Positions 1 to 11,843 of a DNA stretch of 64,000 nt are shown piece by piece. The stretch is from assembly GCA_043228905.1 (NCBI GenBank), contig JBHGNT010000014.1, positions 5,022,001 to 5,086,000 of the forward strand, read 5' to 3'. The stretch is from Azolla caroliniana. Its lineage: Eukaryota > Plantae > Polypodiophyta. Both the position numbers and the translations under genes were made by a program. The first letter of the stretch is position 1; every line of letters starts with the position of its first letter. The notes below the pieces were generated by a model. The model saw only the letters and a list, made by a program, of their open reading frames with translations, made no database searches and was not told the DNA's origin.

Positions 1-616
1 AGAATTTGAGGCTAATCTTGTGAATCCCACAAGTATTACATTAATCAATATTTATGTAAGAATATGAATTTAGATTGAAAGAGATAGATTATCTTAAACT
101 TCGTGAATCCCACGAGTATATTTTATTGATTGTTGGTGTTTTAGGAAATATATCCAATTTCCCAAATATTTTTCACACACAATTACATTGTGCTCCCCAT
201 CCTTATGTAGTGATGAGGAAGTCTTAGTAATCTATGCTTTTTCTCTAACTATAGACCCCATGCTTTTCCTATAGATAGACTATATGCTTTATCTAAAGTG
301 ATCATGCTTTTTTTCTAACTTGTGCGTTTTTTATCATGCACGCTAGATGTGTATGTGTAGCTTTTTCTTTTGTTATGCGTTTTTCTAATGTTTATCCTAG
401 CGTGAATTTACCTTTCTATGTGGGACATCTATGCTTTAACACTAATGAAATGCTAGTGTAATGGTAAGACATTACATTATTAACATGGAGGTGCAAGGTT
501 CGAATCTTGCCCTATGCATGTTCCATTTATTTTGCTATTTTCTTCTATTTCTTCATTTTTTATTGAATCTAATACTATATACGTTTTTCACGTAGTGTAC
601 AAAATACACTACGACA
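1..616 (-). mobile_element. Partial LTR, probably Gypsy, inserted into the Copia element; extends left out of the window
   Basis: Ends in ...ACTACGACA (TGTCGTAG on minus), like the TGTCG termini of the other Gypsy LTRs here. Copia pol homology stops abruptly at 617. Confidence 0.5.
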
Positions 617-3408
617 GCGTCTTTAGCTGCTTCTGCGTAGCTCTCCGGCTCACGCACTTCCGCTACATGGGTCATGTACGCATAATGATGCGCCATGTAC
701 TCGTTGTATCCGAACCACACAACTGGGTTCTTGTGGCGGGTAGATCGGCGTAATCTCACATTAGCCGATGTCGAGGCCTTCTCGGTCGACGCGGTCTTCA
801 CCTTTAAAGACCCGTCACCGGTTCCCTCGGAGTCGGACTCGCGTCAGTCTGACTCATTCCTATCTGTGCCGGAATCCGACACCTTCTTCTTCCCTTTTTC
901 TTTGCGCGTAAGCCATCTCCTCAGCTTCCTGCGCGGGGAATGCACGGCCGAGTCTCCACTACTCGCAGGCTCTTCATCGGACTGGTCGTACCGACCCAGT
1001 CGTCCAATCGGTCCACTTAACCGGAGTGAAATCGGACTCTCTTCGTAGGTCTCGATTTCGGGCTCATCCGGAGGCATCTCGGCCTCGCTGACCTCATCGT
1101 TAGAGCTCGGATTGGGGGCAAGGTTTGGAGTCGGGGGCAGGTACCAGGACGCGGACTCATCAAACACAACGTCGCGGCTGACACGCGCTTGTTTGGTGCA
1201 AGGGTTATAGCACTTATAACCCTTCTGCTCGTCCGAGTAACCGACCAAGATGCACTTCTCAGCCTTTGCGTCTAGCTTCCTCCTTTTCTCCTTCGGTACA
1301 TGCACATACGCAATGCTACCGAACACCCTCAAGTGTCGCAAGTTCGGCTTCGTTCCGAAATATAGCTCGTGCGCCAACACTTTGTCTCCGATCCGGTTTT
1401 GGATGTATACCGTGGTCCTTACCGCCTCGGCCTAGTAGAACTTGGGCAAGCTCTTCTCCTCCAGCATTGCCCGTGCCGCTTCCACAATCGACCGATTCTT
1501 TCTCTCGGCCACGCCGTTCTGCTCCGGCATGTATCTACAACTAAATTCGCGGCGAATTCACATTTGTTGTAGGTAACCGTTGAATTGACAGGAAAAGTAC
1601 TCTTTCCCGCCATCCGACCGCAGGCACTTGATCTTTCGTCCCGTTTTGGTTTCCACGAACCCTTTGAGGTCCCGGAAACAGTCGAAGACTTCGCTCTTCC
1701 TCTCAATGAGGTAGATCCACGTGTGCCGCGTGTGGTCGTCGATGAAGGAGACGAAATATCGGCTCCCGCCAAGACTAACGTTTTGTGCCGGCCCCCACAC
1801 ATCGGAGTGTATAAGGTCGAGTTTGTTCCGGCTCCGGTTTCGCTCGTTGGGGAAGGGAAGTCGGTGTTGCTTCTCGAGCTGGCAGGCTTCACAAATTTGT
1901 GCCTTTTGGCCACTAAATTTGGGCAATCCGAACACTACCTGTTTCGATTGCAGATCTTGAAGCCGTTGGTGGTTGACGTGGCCTATCCGCTTGTGCCACA
2001 AGTCGATGTCCGACTCGGTCTTTTGTCCCTTCGCAAACATTTTGGTGCCGCCGTCAGTGGAGTCGAGGATGAACATCCTCCCGTCTCTGCGCCCTTGCGC
2101 AATCACACGGCCTTCTTCCTTAATGAAGCACCCGAGGTGTGTAAACCGAACCTCCATCCCTTGGTCGACGATCTGTCCGACCGAGACCAAGTTTTTCGTG
2201 ATTGTCGGAACGTGCAACACGTTCATGAGTTTCCCTTTCTGCCCTCAATGGCTAAGGGGAACTTCTCCGACATTCGCGATCGGATGCGGAGTGTTGTCTC
2301 CTGTTGCGACTACTCCAGGTTGTATCGGTTTTTCAAGGTACGAGAACCACTCCTTATGGCTCGTCATGTGGTTTGACGCGCCGGAGTCTACGTACCACAC
2401 CTCGTCCGATCTCGGGGTGGTCTGCTTCATTGAGTTTGCTTCGTGTCTCGTCACGAAGGCAGTCCCTTCTCCGGCTCTCCCGGAGTTTTCGGCATAGTGC
2501 GATCGCTGCCGATTTCCCTTGTCGGTATGTCTGGAGCCGTTCCCGGAACCAGTTCTCTCCGAATCGGCGCGCTTCTTCCAGCACTCACTTTCCTTGTGGC
2601 ATTTCTTGCCACAGTACCAGCACTCCGCGATGGACTTCCCTTGCCGGTTCTCATCGCTTTGACTCCCTCTATTTCCGGAGGGTCCGAAGTTGCTGTCGGC
2701 ATCACTTCGGTGCCTTCTTCCTTGATCTCGTCGGCCGCCTCCATTGCGTGCCGACTCGCCTCGTCCTCCACTTCCACGGGGCCTATCTCCCTCCGTGTAC
2801 AACATTCTACTGTCGGTGTGCGTGCTTGTAGATGCACTCGCGTGGTTCTCCTCTACCAGGAGCATCGACTGTAAGTCGAAAAAGGACGACGTATTCTCCC
2901 GGGTACACACAGCCGTTCGGAACGCTCCGAACTTCGACGCCAAACCTCTGAGACAGATCTGGACCATCTCGCTCTCCTCGATGTTCACCTCTATGGAGGC
3001 GAGGGAGTCGCAGATATCCTTGATCTTCGAGGTATAGTCCGCCACCGACAAGTCGCGTTGTCATAGGTTGCTCAACTCCTGTCGGAGCTGAAGCTTCCTG
3101 GCTGTGGTGCTCGCGGCGAAGATCTTCTTCAGATTTTCCCACGCACCCTTCAGCGTCTTTGCATCCCGCACATAGCTCAATAGTTGTTCGCCCACACACG
3201 ACGCGAAGTAGTATAATACCCTGCTCGCCGATTGCTCCCACGACGGAAAGTCTCTATGTGTCGATTTGGGTGCCGCGTCATTAGCTCCTTCGACATAACT
3301 CCAGTAGCCGTGCCCGAGCAGGTACTGGTGCATCTTGTAGGACCAAGACGCGTAGTTGGTTCCGTCGAGCTTCTCTGTTGGAAGCGAGCTCGCCATGCCT
3401 CTATCCAT
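617..3408 (-). pseudogene. Copia gag-pol, fragmented by premature stops
   Basis: Consecutive ORF fragments 3061-3408, 2245-3051, 1558-2226, 844-1380 and 553-801 in Copia domain order. Confidence 0.9.
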
Positions 3409-3468
3409 CGTTCTTCTTGTTCTTCTTCGTCAAGCTGTGTCAGCTGTAGAGAGGTTCTTAACCCTCGC

Positions 3469-3480
3469 GCTCTGATACCA
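3469..3480 (-). promoter_or_regulatory. Primer binding site, tRNA-iMet
   Basis: TGGTATCAGAGC on minus, directly next to the LTR end. Confidence 0.9.
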
Positions 3481-3853
3481 TGTAGAAAGTAACGTGCGGA
3501 AGCAAGTATGAAGACCGAACAGAAGGAAGGAAACTCAGGTTCAATGGAGAGCTTGAGCTTACGCAGTATACTCGGGAGAGACAGAGAGAGAAACACAAAA
3601 AAACTATATTCAACAATAATACTCAATCTGTACATAAGACGTGCTCAGTGAGCACTTTTATACAAGTCCTAGAAGGACTGACCGAAGTACTGACAGTACT
3701 TCAATGCTCATCAAGAGCTCCTACACTAACTCCCAAATATATTCCTCACGGAATATCTTTCCTAACGGCCTCCCGGTTTATGCACTCAGCCTAACCGATC
3801 CGGTCCTCGGCTTCTTCAGCCAATCCGGCCGATGTTGAGCTTGTCTCTCAACA
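3481..3853 (-). repeat. 5' LTR of the Bryco-like Copia
   Basis: TG...CA termini; similar to 21026-21457 and to the solo LTR starting at 27322. Confidence 0.88.
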
Positions 3854-4559
3854 GTACTCTTTTCTGCCATCTGACTGTAGACACTTGATCTTCCTTTCAG
3901 TTTCCTGTTGTTGTGGAGAAAATCGTCCCTAGGAGGAATTGGTGAATAGTATGCATGACTGTGCCCTTACACGCGGGCACATGTTTTGATGTATTGTACA
4001 TAGTTAGGTACATGTCAGCGATGTGAATATCCTAGGTAGCGCGTATGCATTAGGTAGGGAATCAAGGAGTATCTCTATCCAAAACGACAGAGAATAAAAG
4101 TGATGTAACAGATTGTAATGTCTCTCTCTCCTTGGGCTATAAAAGGAGAGGAAAGGGGACTGAGTGGGGATTGCGTGGTGGAGGACGAAGTGTTGTCGGA
4201 CTGTGACCGAGCTCTTCTCCTTTGTCTTTTATCGTTCTCTGTAGGTTTTGGGAGGCTGCCTCTGCTTCGTGGAAAGCCCGAGTGCTTCCGGTAGAGGCTC
4301 CATCCCGCATGTCCGTGTGTGTTGTGTGAGTTGGTGTCAGCGCGTTGACACTTACCGGCTAGCCGGCTGTAATCTTGATCATAAGTATATATTTGCCTTA
4401 GTCGTTGTTCGATCTTTGTTGTGAGTTCTCTGTGTATTTGTGCGCGTGGCTCGGTTGTGGTTTCGTGTCGCTCCTCCCTCCGTTCGGTTATTCCCCGGTT
4501 CAGGGCCCCCGTGGTCTAGCCTTGGTTTCTCCTTCACATGTAGAATAACACGACATATT

Positions 4560-4577
4560 TGGTGAACCCAATGTGAA
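4560..4577 (+). promoter_or_regulatory. Primer binding site, tRNA-Trp-like
   Basis: TGGTGAACCCAATGTGAA, a CpG-decayed complement of the plant tRNA-Trp 3' end (TGGTGAACCCGACGTGAA, recalled from memory). Confidence 0.75.
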
Positions 4578-7208
4578 ACAAGGCGGCAGAGGAGTCGAAG
4601 ATGAGGGCATCAGAGCTCGTCGAAGCCATGGCGGCAATAGTCGATCGGATAGTAAGTGCTCGCGAGGGCACGAGCGCCATTGACAGGGCCAATGAAGCAA
4701 TTGTCGGTGCAATAGGCCGGTTCGATGGGAAGGACGCCACGAGTTATTTGGTGGCCTACTGAGCCGAAATGGTGATGAGGGACATCCTGGAGGAAAGGCA
4801 TCTGGTTGGGTTCCCTCGGGTGGCGACATTGTGCATCCACGTAGAGGTGCTCGAGGTGCAGGCTAGATGCTGGACCTAGGAAGAATTCGAAGCGCGGCTC
4901 CTTGAACGGTACATGCTTGATGACATGCTTCGGTTATCAAAGAGGGACTTCATGGATTGGGTGGAGACCCCCAGAAAGGGGAGGAATGCATCGGCGCTTC
5001 TCCGAGAGTTTGAAGAACGCTTTGCGTGGCTCTCGACGCTGGATAGAGCAGTGTTGGACACGAGCCGCGTCTTGTTGTTTGTCAAATCCGTGGACGTGTG
5101 GGATCGAGACCAGGTGGGTCTCCTACTGGAGACGGATGACGGGCTGACGGCTGACTGGGCCGTGGTGAAAAAAGTCTGCGGCCGTTTCGACAAACGGCGT
5201 GAGTGGGGCGACAAGGGCTCATCGGGGGTGGGTTCTATTGCGGCAGGAAAGCTCGAGGGATCCCCGCTGATGCGAAGGGAGGAAACCTAGGATTGGCTCG
5301 AGGCAGGCTTGACATCGACTGGCATGGTCAAAGGCCTGTTCGAGGAGCGGCTTTGGAAGAGTTGATACAGATGGTGCGCGATCTCCAAATCGCGCAGGGC
5401 CGGAGAGACGACGACGAACAGTTTCGCGATCGGAGGCCTCCGGGTGGGCATCGGTGCTTGTGGTGTGACGCGGTCGGTCACATATGAAAGTACTGCGTGG
5501 ACTTCGCAGAAGCGATAACGGCTAATGTGGTGTACTTGTGGAACGGGCGGGTGCACGCTAGCGAGACCCGGAGAACCCTGGAGTTGAATATCGGACGAAG
5601 AGGAATGAAAAGGCTGATAGAAGAAGCGGTGGCGCGCCATGTGGAGACCATCCACTACTCGGCGTCGGCAGGAATTTGGGTCGGGAGTGACGAAGGCAGG
5701 AACACGAAGGACTCCGGGTTCTGGCCGTTGGTGCTAGAAGGCCTCACCGGTGTGCGGTTGAGGAAGGAGGAAGCGGACCGTGCGGAAAGATGGGTCTGGG
5801 AGGTCACCGGGTGGAGCGATCCGGTCGAGGAAAGGACCGGCTTCGTGGAAGCTGCGTGCCAGAACTACGAGGTTTTGGTAGAAGACGAGCGTGCGGGAAG
5901 GCTGGAGGGGCCGGACCCTCACAGCAGTATGAGACCTGGTTCGGGCCGAAGCAGAATGACGCTGGTACTTCCGACACACCGGATAAAACAAAGAAAGCCA
6001 GTTATCGGTTGAGCACGGAGATAGAAAGAACGACGGACCTGCGAAAGGTCCTTGAGGAACGAATCCTCGACAGCAAGGTGGAGCTCTCGTTGAGGGAAGT
6101 GCTTGGGATCGCCAAGAAAGAATTCCATGACTCCATCATGGACTTGGTGAAGCGAAAACGGCTTTCGATGAAGCCAGAGCTGGAGCCGGAGAAGCCGGTG
6201 AAGGTGCGAACGACGCACATAGAAGATATGGCCCTGGAAGACGAGTTGGCAGAAAGCCACTATTCGAAGCCGCACTGGGCAAGAGCCACTACGGAGACCC
6301 CAGTTCGGATTGGAGACGTCCAGGAGCCGGTGGTGGCGTTGGTAGACCACGGTTCGGAGATCAACCTGATGTCTATGAACTTCTACAAGAAGGGCAAGTG
6401 GTCGATCAACACCAAGCACGGGTGGAAAATACGAGCGGCGACGCACGCCATGGAGGAGCTACATGGGGCTTGCCCAAATGTACGGGTGAAAATCGGTGAT
6501 GTCGAGATTGACTAGCACTTCTTCGTGCAGGAGACATCCTCCCATCCGGTGATACTCGGAGAACCGTACATTACGACAGCACGCATGGAGATGAAGGTGC
6601 TGGATAACGGTTCGGCGTACACACGCGTGAAGAGCCAAGATGGGCGACACTCCGTCCAATTTCTAATGGTGTGACCGAACCACGAGCGCAACCGCAAGAC
6701 CCTCGGCGGCGAAAGCTGAGGGGATTTTTAGAGAGGGCTATCAAGGCGTGGGGCCGCGATAGTCCGGACACCCCAGAAACACCCCACACGTGTACCATAG
6801 GAAGGAAACCCTGTACTATAGATAGGAAATTTTGGTTCTCCAACAACGGAGGCTGTACGATAACCGACATTAGCGGCTAGGAGAAGAAACAGGCAGAGAG
6901 ACATCTCAGGGCGTGCGGAGTCCTAGGCCCCGACGATGAGATTGGTGGAGCCGTGGAGGCGGTCTCTTTCGACGACACCTTGGGGGGATTAAAGAAGGTG
7001 TTCGAAGAAGGCCTCAGCGAAGACCGGACGATTCCGGTTAGTTTGGAAATGATGTACGAAGTCATCGCCGACTTCGAGGAGAGTGTTGAGTTGGATCGGG
7101 CGGCCCATGTGCATACGAAGTACAAGACTGTGAATCGGAAGGTGAGGCCAATCGCGACACCCTTGCCGGAGGGTAGCGAGTTATGGATGAAAGGGGTCGC
7201 GTCGGACC

Positions 7209-8749
7209 CAAGGTTGTTAGGTATGTTAGGTACGGTATGGATACCATACATATATAACGTATTAATACGCGTATAGTACCTCCCAATTTAAAAATACGTT
7301 AAATATGTTTTCTTAATATGTTAAATACTAATAACATACATATTTTACGTTGTCGCATTGTTACGCGCGTGCGTGTAGAAAGGGGCGGGACCACGAGGGT
7401 CTTGGACGAGGGAGCTCGAGAGACAAGAAAACCGACTACGGACACGGCCCGGAGGCAACCGAACATGAGAGAGGGAGAGAGGAAAGAAAGCATGCGCGCG
7501 TGGCACCGACTCTTATTCACAGGAAACAAGGGGCTGTGCTCCCGACACCACCAAATACACCAATATGCATAAACAGATATGAGTATGTATATTACAAGGG
7601 AAAGAATACAACCCCAGGTTCGAGCTGAACCAAGGTAGGGTATGTTACAACAGCAATCTGCTGCCAAGCCGCCGATCGGGGAGCTCTTGGGCCCGTCGTG
7701 CCGAGCGGGGTCTTGCACAGGAGGCTAGGCAAAAGCAAACCCCAAAACCGACACGAACTCTCCACCCACACGACAAAGAAGAAGAAGAAAAGGGAACTAC
7801 CAAGAAGAAACCCTAGAACGAACCAAGAGTATGAGAAACTGCCTAACCCTAAACTAACGGTATACCCTCTAACACAAAAATGGGCAACCCCATACAAGTG
7901 ACCCCTCCCTTCCTTTTATGGCCCAAGGTGGGAGAAACGTTACAATGTGGGATCAATACTCCCCCCTTATTCTATACAACGTTTTCCTACTATACATGTG
8001 CACGTGTTGCACACCGCCGACTTGCCCTATTCCACCCCAGTTTCACACTATAGCCGGAAATCTTCACGACAACGTATTTTACGTATAGTACGTTAAATAC
8101 TATTATTTACCTTTCTAAAAAATATCTATAATATTGTAAAAAACATCTATGTTTACACAATTTTGTGATGTAGAGTATAGTTCTATATCCTAAACTGCAT
8201 ATAAGGCATTTGAACATTTCACATCCTAAAATACTTGTAGTAATATGGATGTCGACATTCCCTTATTCTATAAATAAGTGTAAGTGTGTATCATGATGTT
8301 TTACTTCAAATTGTAATTATTTACAATTATGCCGTCATAGATTGAGGAATCATCTACGATTATCACACTCATGATAGGTTTCTCTTTTCTTCGTTTTCTT
8401 CTTCTTTTTCTATCTTCTGCGATTATCACACTCGGAGCCAGGACAAGTTTATGTCTTCTTTTCTCTCTTCTTCTTCTTCTTCATCGTCGTTTCTTCTATT
8501 ATTCTTTCTTCCTTTCTTTGGCTTCTTTTTCACTAAAATCTTTTTTTTCTTTTGCTTTTTGTTGGGGTTTTACTTACATTTTCTTTATAAATACGTATTA
8601 TACTTGTTTTTTTATAAATACGTTAAATACCGTATTGGACAAATGTACATGATATTTAACCGAACAACATTGAGGTATAATACGTACTATACAAATGATG
8701 AGGTACTATACGTATTTAAATGTTAAATACGGGTACGTAAACAACCATG
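7209..8749. mobile_element. Non-autonomous hAT-type DNA transposon
   Basis: Imperfect TIRs CAAGGTTGTTA and CATGGTTGTTT (reverse complement); 8-bp TSD GTCGGACC/GTCGAACC; AT-rich with TACG/ACGTA subterminal motifs. The host pol frame (VASDPSLRDP) resumes after it. Confidence 0.8.
7351..8071 (-). mobile_element. Gypsy solo LTR inside the hAT element
   Basis: TGTCGC...CACGACA termini, perfect 4-bp TSD ACGT, similar to the LTRs at 12882, 14341 and 17247. Confidence 0.9.
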
Positions 8750-10895
8750 GTCGAACCCAAGTCTACGGGATCCGGTCGGCATAGGACACCGGTTCACCAA
8801 CATAACGCTACGGGAGCTCAAGGTTGGTGGGGGTGGCTTTCCACTACCAGCGGAGGAGGAACGGTTTCGGAGAATGCTTGGGAGGCACGGGAAGGCCTTC
8901 ACATTCTCGCCGGAAGAGATCGGTGCGTAGACCCGATGGTTATCTTCACGGTACCGCATATGCCGTGGAACCTCAAACCGATTCCAGTACCCAGATCTCA
9001 CGTCCCGAAGCTGATGGAGCTGTTGAAGCAGAAGGTGGAGATGGGCATCCTCGAACCATCGAGTTCCCCGTACTCGAATTGGTGGTTTACCGTGCCAAAG
9101 AAGAATGACACGTTGCGCTTTATTCAGGACCTGCAGCCGATCAACAAGGTGACCATTCGGAACGTGGGAATCGGACTGACCATTGACGAGTTCGCGGAGG
9201 CCTTCGCCAGAAGGTCGATTTACTCGGTCGGGGATCTGTACTCGGGGTACGACCAATTCCAACTAGCCGTGGAGAGCAGCCTTCGCCGGAAGGCCGATTT
9301 ACTCGGTCGGGGATCTGTACTCGGGGTATGACCAAATCTAACTAGCCGTGGAGAGCAGGGATATTACGACAATGCGGACTCCTCTCGGCCTAGTGCGGAT
9401 GTGTGCCCTTCCGCAAGGGGGGACAAACTTGGTAGCACACAGGGTGAATGCGATGAATAAGGTGTTAAGGGACTGCATCTCGGACATCACCATGCCGTTT
9501 TTGGATGACATTCCGATCAAGGGATGTTCGGTGGAGGATAAGGACGAAACGGTCGGATCGGACGGGTGTCGGAAATTTGTCTCGTACCACATCGGAGACT
9601 ACGAGAAGGTGCTACAGAAGCTGGAAGGACGCGACTCACCTTCTCCGGGGAGAAATCGGCTTTCAGACAATCAGAAATCATGGTCGTCGGACACCTGTGC
9701 AATCGTCTTCGGCTAAGATGGAAGCCGCAATGAAGGAAGACTGCAAGTCGGTTACAAAAGTCTGGAGGTTCTTGGGAGCTTGCACGTTCTACCACATTTG
9801 GATCCCGCATTACGCCCATATCGCGAAGCCGCTCTATGGGTTGTTGAAGAAAGGGCGCAAGTTTGAGTGGAGCGGGGAGCATGCGGAGTCGGTCCGGAAA
9901 ATGAAAGAAGTGCTTGCCACGACACCGACACTCCGGAAAGCGGTCTACGACAAACATATTCCGATTTATGTAAACCGTAGACATGAGTCCAACCGGAATC
10001 GTATGGGTGATCAACCAAGAGGATGAGAATGGTTAGAGATTCCCCATCCGGTTCGGTGCGAAAGTACTTAGCGAGCGACAACGAGGATACGCCCAGTTAA
10101 ACGCGAACTCTGGGGTATCATTTAAGCGGTCTACGACAAACATGTTCCGATTTATGTAAACCGTAGACATGAGTCCAACCGGAATCATATGGGTGATCAA
10201 CCAAGAGGATGAGAATGGTTAGAGATTCCCCATCTAGTTCGGTGCGAAAGTACTTAGCGAGCGACAACGAGGATACGCCCAGGTTAAACGCGAACTCTGG
10301 GGTATCGTTTTGGCGGTCAAGGCTGACAAAGACTACCTGATTGGGACAGAGGTAATAATAGAGACGAACTGCCTACCGATTCTCGGTATGGTTTCCGGAT
10401 GCGCAACGCTGAACCTGGCAATGCTCAGGTGGATAACATACATTAAGTCCTTGAATCCGGAGATTCGGCACATCTCCGGGAAGGACAACGCCATGGCCGA
10501 CATGCTTTCGAGGGCGAGGTTTGATGACGAGGGCAGCATGGTTTAAGAGGACGAGGAAGTCAGCGTGGACTCCTTCAAGACAACTTACGTGACGACGAGA
10601 AAGGGGGGCACTCCGGCGCTTAACGAGTTCGACGAGAGCAAGTACGATGGGGAGTGGCTCTAGATCGGTGGGTTCCTGAAAATGATGACGCCGGACGCGG
10701 CGTGGACAAAGGAAGAGGTTAACCAGATCCGGAAGAAAGCATACCGATTCTTCCTACGGGACGGAAGCATGTGGAAGCACCCGAAGAAGTGAGACGGTGT
10801 CCCACTCCTGGTAGTGGCGAGGAAGGAGGAGTAGGAAGCATTGCTAACGGCGTACCACGAGTCCTTGGGCCGAACATCGGGGGACATGGGCCACG

Positions 10896-11168
10896 TGACA
10901 GGAACACAAACGCTCCCTATACGCAAAGCTTGGCCACAACCGAGCTTAGAATCATACACAGAAAAAAAACGGGAAATAAAACACGACACAGAGAAGAGAA
11001 GAGTACACAAGATGTTTACGTGGAAAACCCAAACTAGGGAAAAAACCACGGCAGCCCATAGGGTGCAAACTATCACTATGTTAGAATGTACAACAGTGAG
11101 TTCACGGAGGCAACGACCTCGTGCTCACGATCTTCGCCACAGGCGGCGGTTACAATAGAGGCAACGAC

Positions 11169-11200
<32 letters not shown>

Positions 11201-11843
11201 GTACACAGTTCTGCGCTCTCTCTCTCTCCTTGCACCAACAAGAATAACAACCCACAATAAAAGTTTGCCCTAAGTCATATTTATACTAATATGACTTTTA
11301 GGCTATTTACAAATATAGCCACGATGGACTCTCAGAAACATATTTACAAATATGTCTCTTCATCCGGTTCTCACCGGGTCTGCACCATCCAGCTCTCCAT
11401 AGCCGGGTACTCCTCATCCGGTTCTCACCGGGTCTGCACCATCCGGCTCTCCGTAGCCGGGTACTCCTCATCCAGTTCTCACCGGGTCCGCACCATCCGG
11501 CTCTCCGTAGCCGGGTACTCCTCATCCGGTTCTCACCGGGTCTGCACCATCCGGCTCTCCGTAGCCGGGTACTCCTCATCCGGTTCTCACTGGGTCTGCA
11601 CCATCCGGCTCTCTGTAGCCGGGTACTCCTCATTCGGTTCTCACCGGGTCTGCACCATCCAGCTCTCCGTAGCCGGGTACTCCTCATCCGGTTCTCACCG
11701 GGTCTGTACCATCGGGCTTTCCGTAGCTGGTTACTCCTCATCCGGTTCTCACCGGGTCTGCACCATCCGGCTCTCCGTAGCCGGGTACTCCTCATCAACA
11801 CTGTTCTTCTCCCTTACCATCCGGAGGGACCTGTCTCCCAACA
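10896..11843 (-). mobile_element. Copia (Tork-like family) solo LTR
   Basis: TG...CA, perfect 5-bp TSD CCACG, interrupts the host frame GTWAT|FEKL. Confidence 0.92.
11360..11796. repeat. 54-bp tandem array (about 8 units) in the LTR U3
   Basis: Unit CTCATCCGGTTCTCACCGGGTCTGCACCATCCGGCTCTCCGTAGCCGGGTACTC. Confidence 0.95.

Larger units (their letters stand above)
617..3853 (-). mobile_element. Ty1/Copia LTR retrotransposon (Bryco-like), 5' part: LTR, PBS, gag, protease, integrase; broken before RT
   Basis: LTR 3481-3853 (TG...CA) and PBS TGGTATCAGAGC. ORF fragments carry gag (KLDGTNYASW), a zinc knuckle (CWYCGKKCHKESEC), protease (WYVDSGASNHM), GAG-pre-integrase (LWHKRIGH), integrase (LIHSDVWGP, LRSDGGKEY) and the linker EPESYAEA. 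Confidence 0.93.

Noticed and set aside
1585-2874. Long antisense ORFs over Copia pol
   Set aside because: Expected shadow frames of GC-rich coding sequence.
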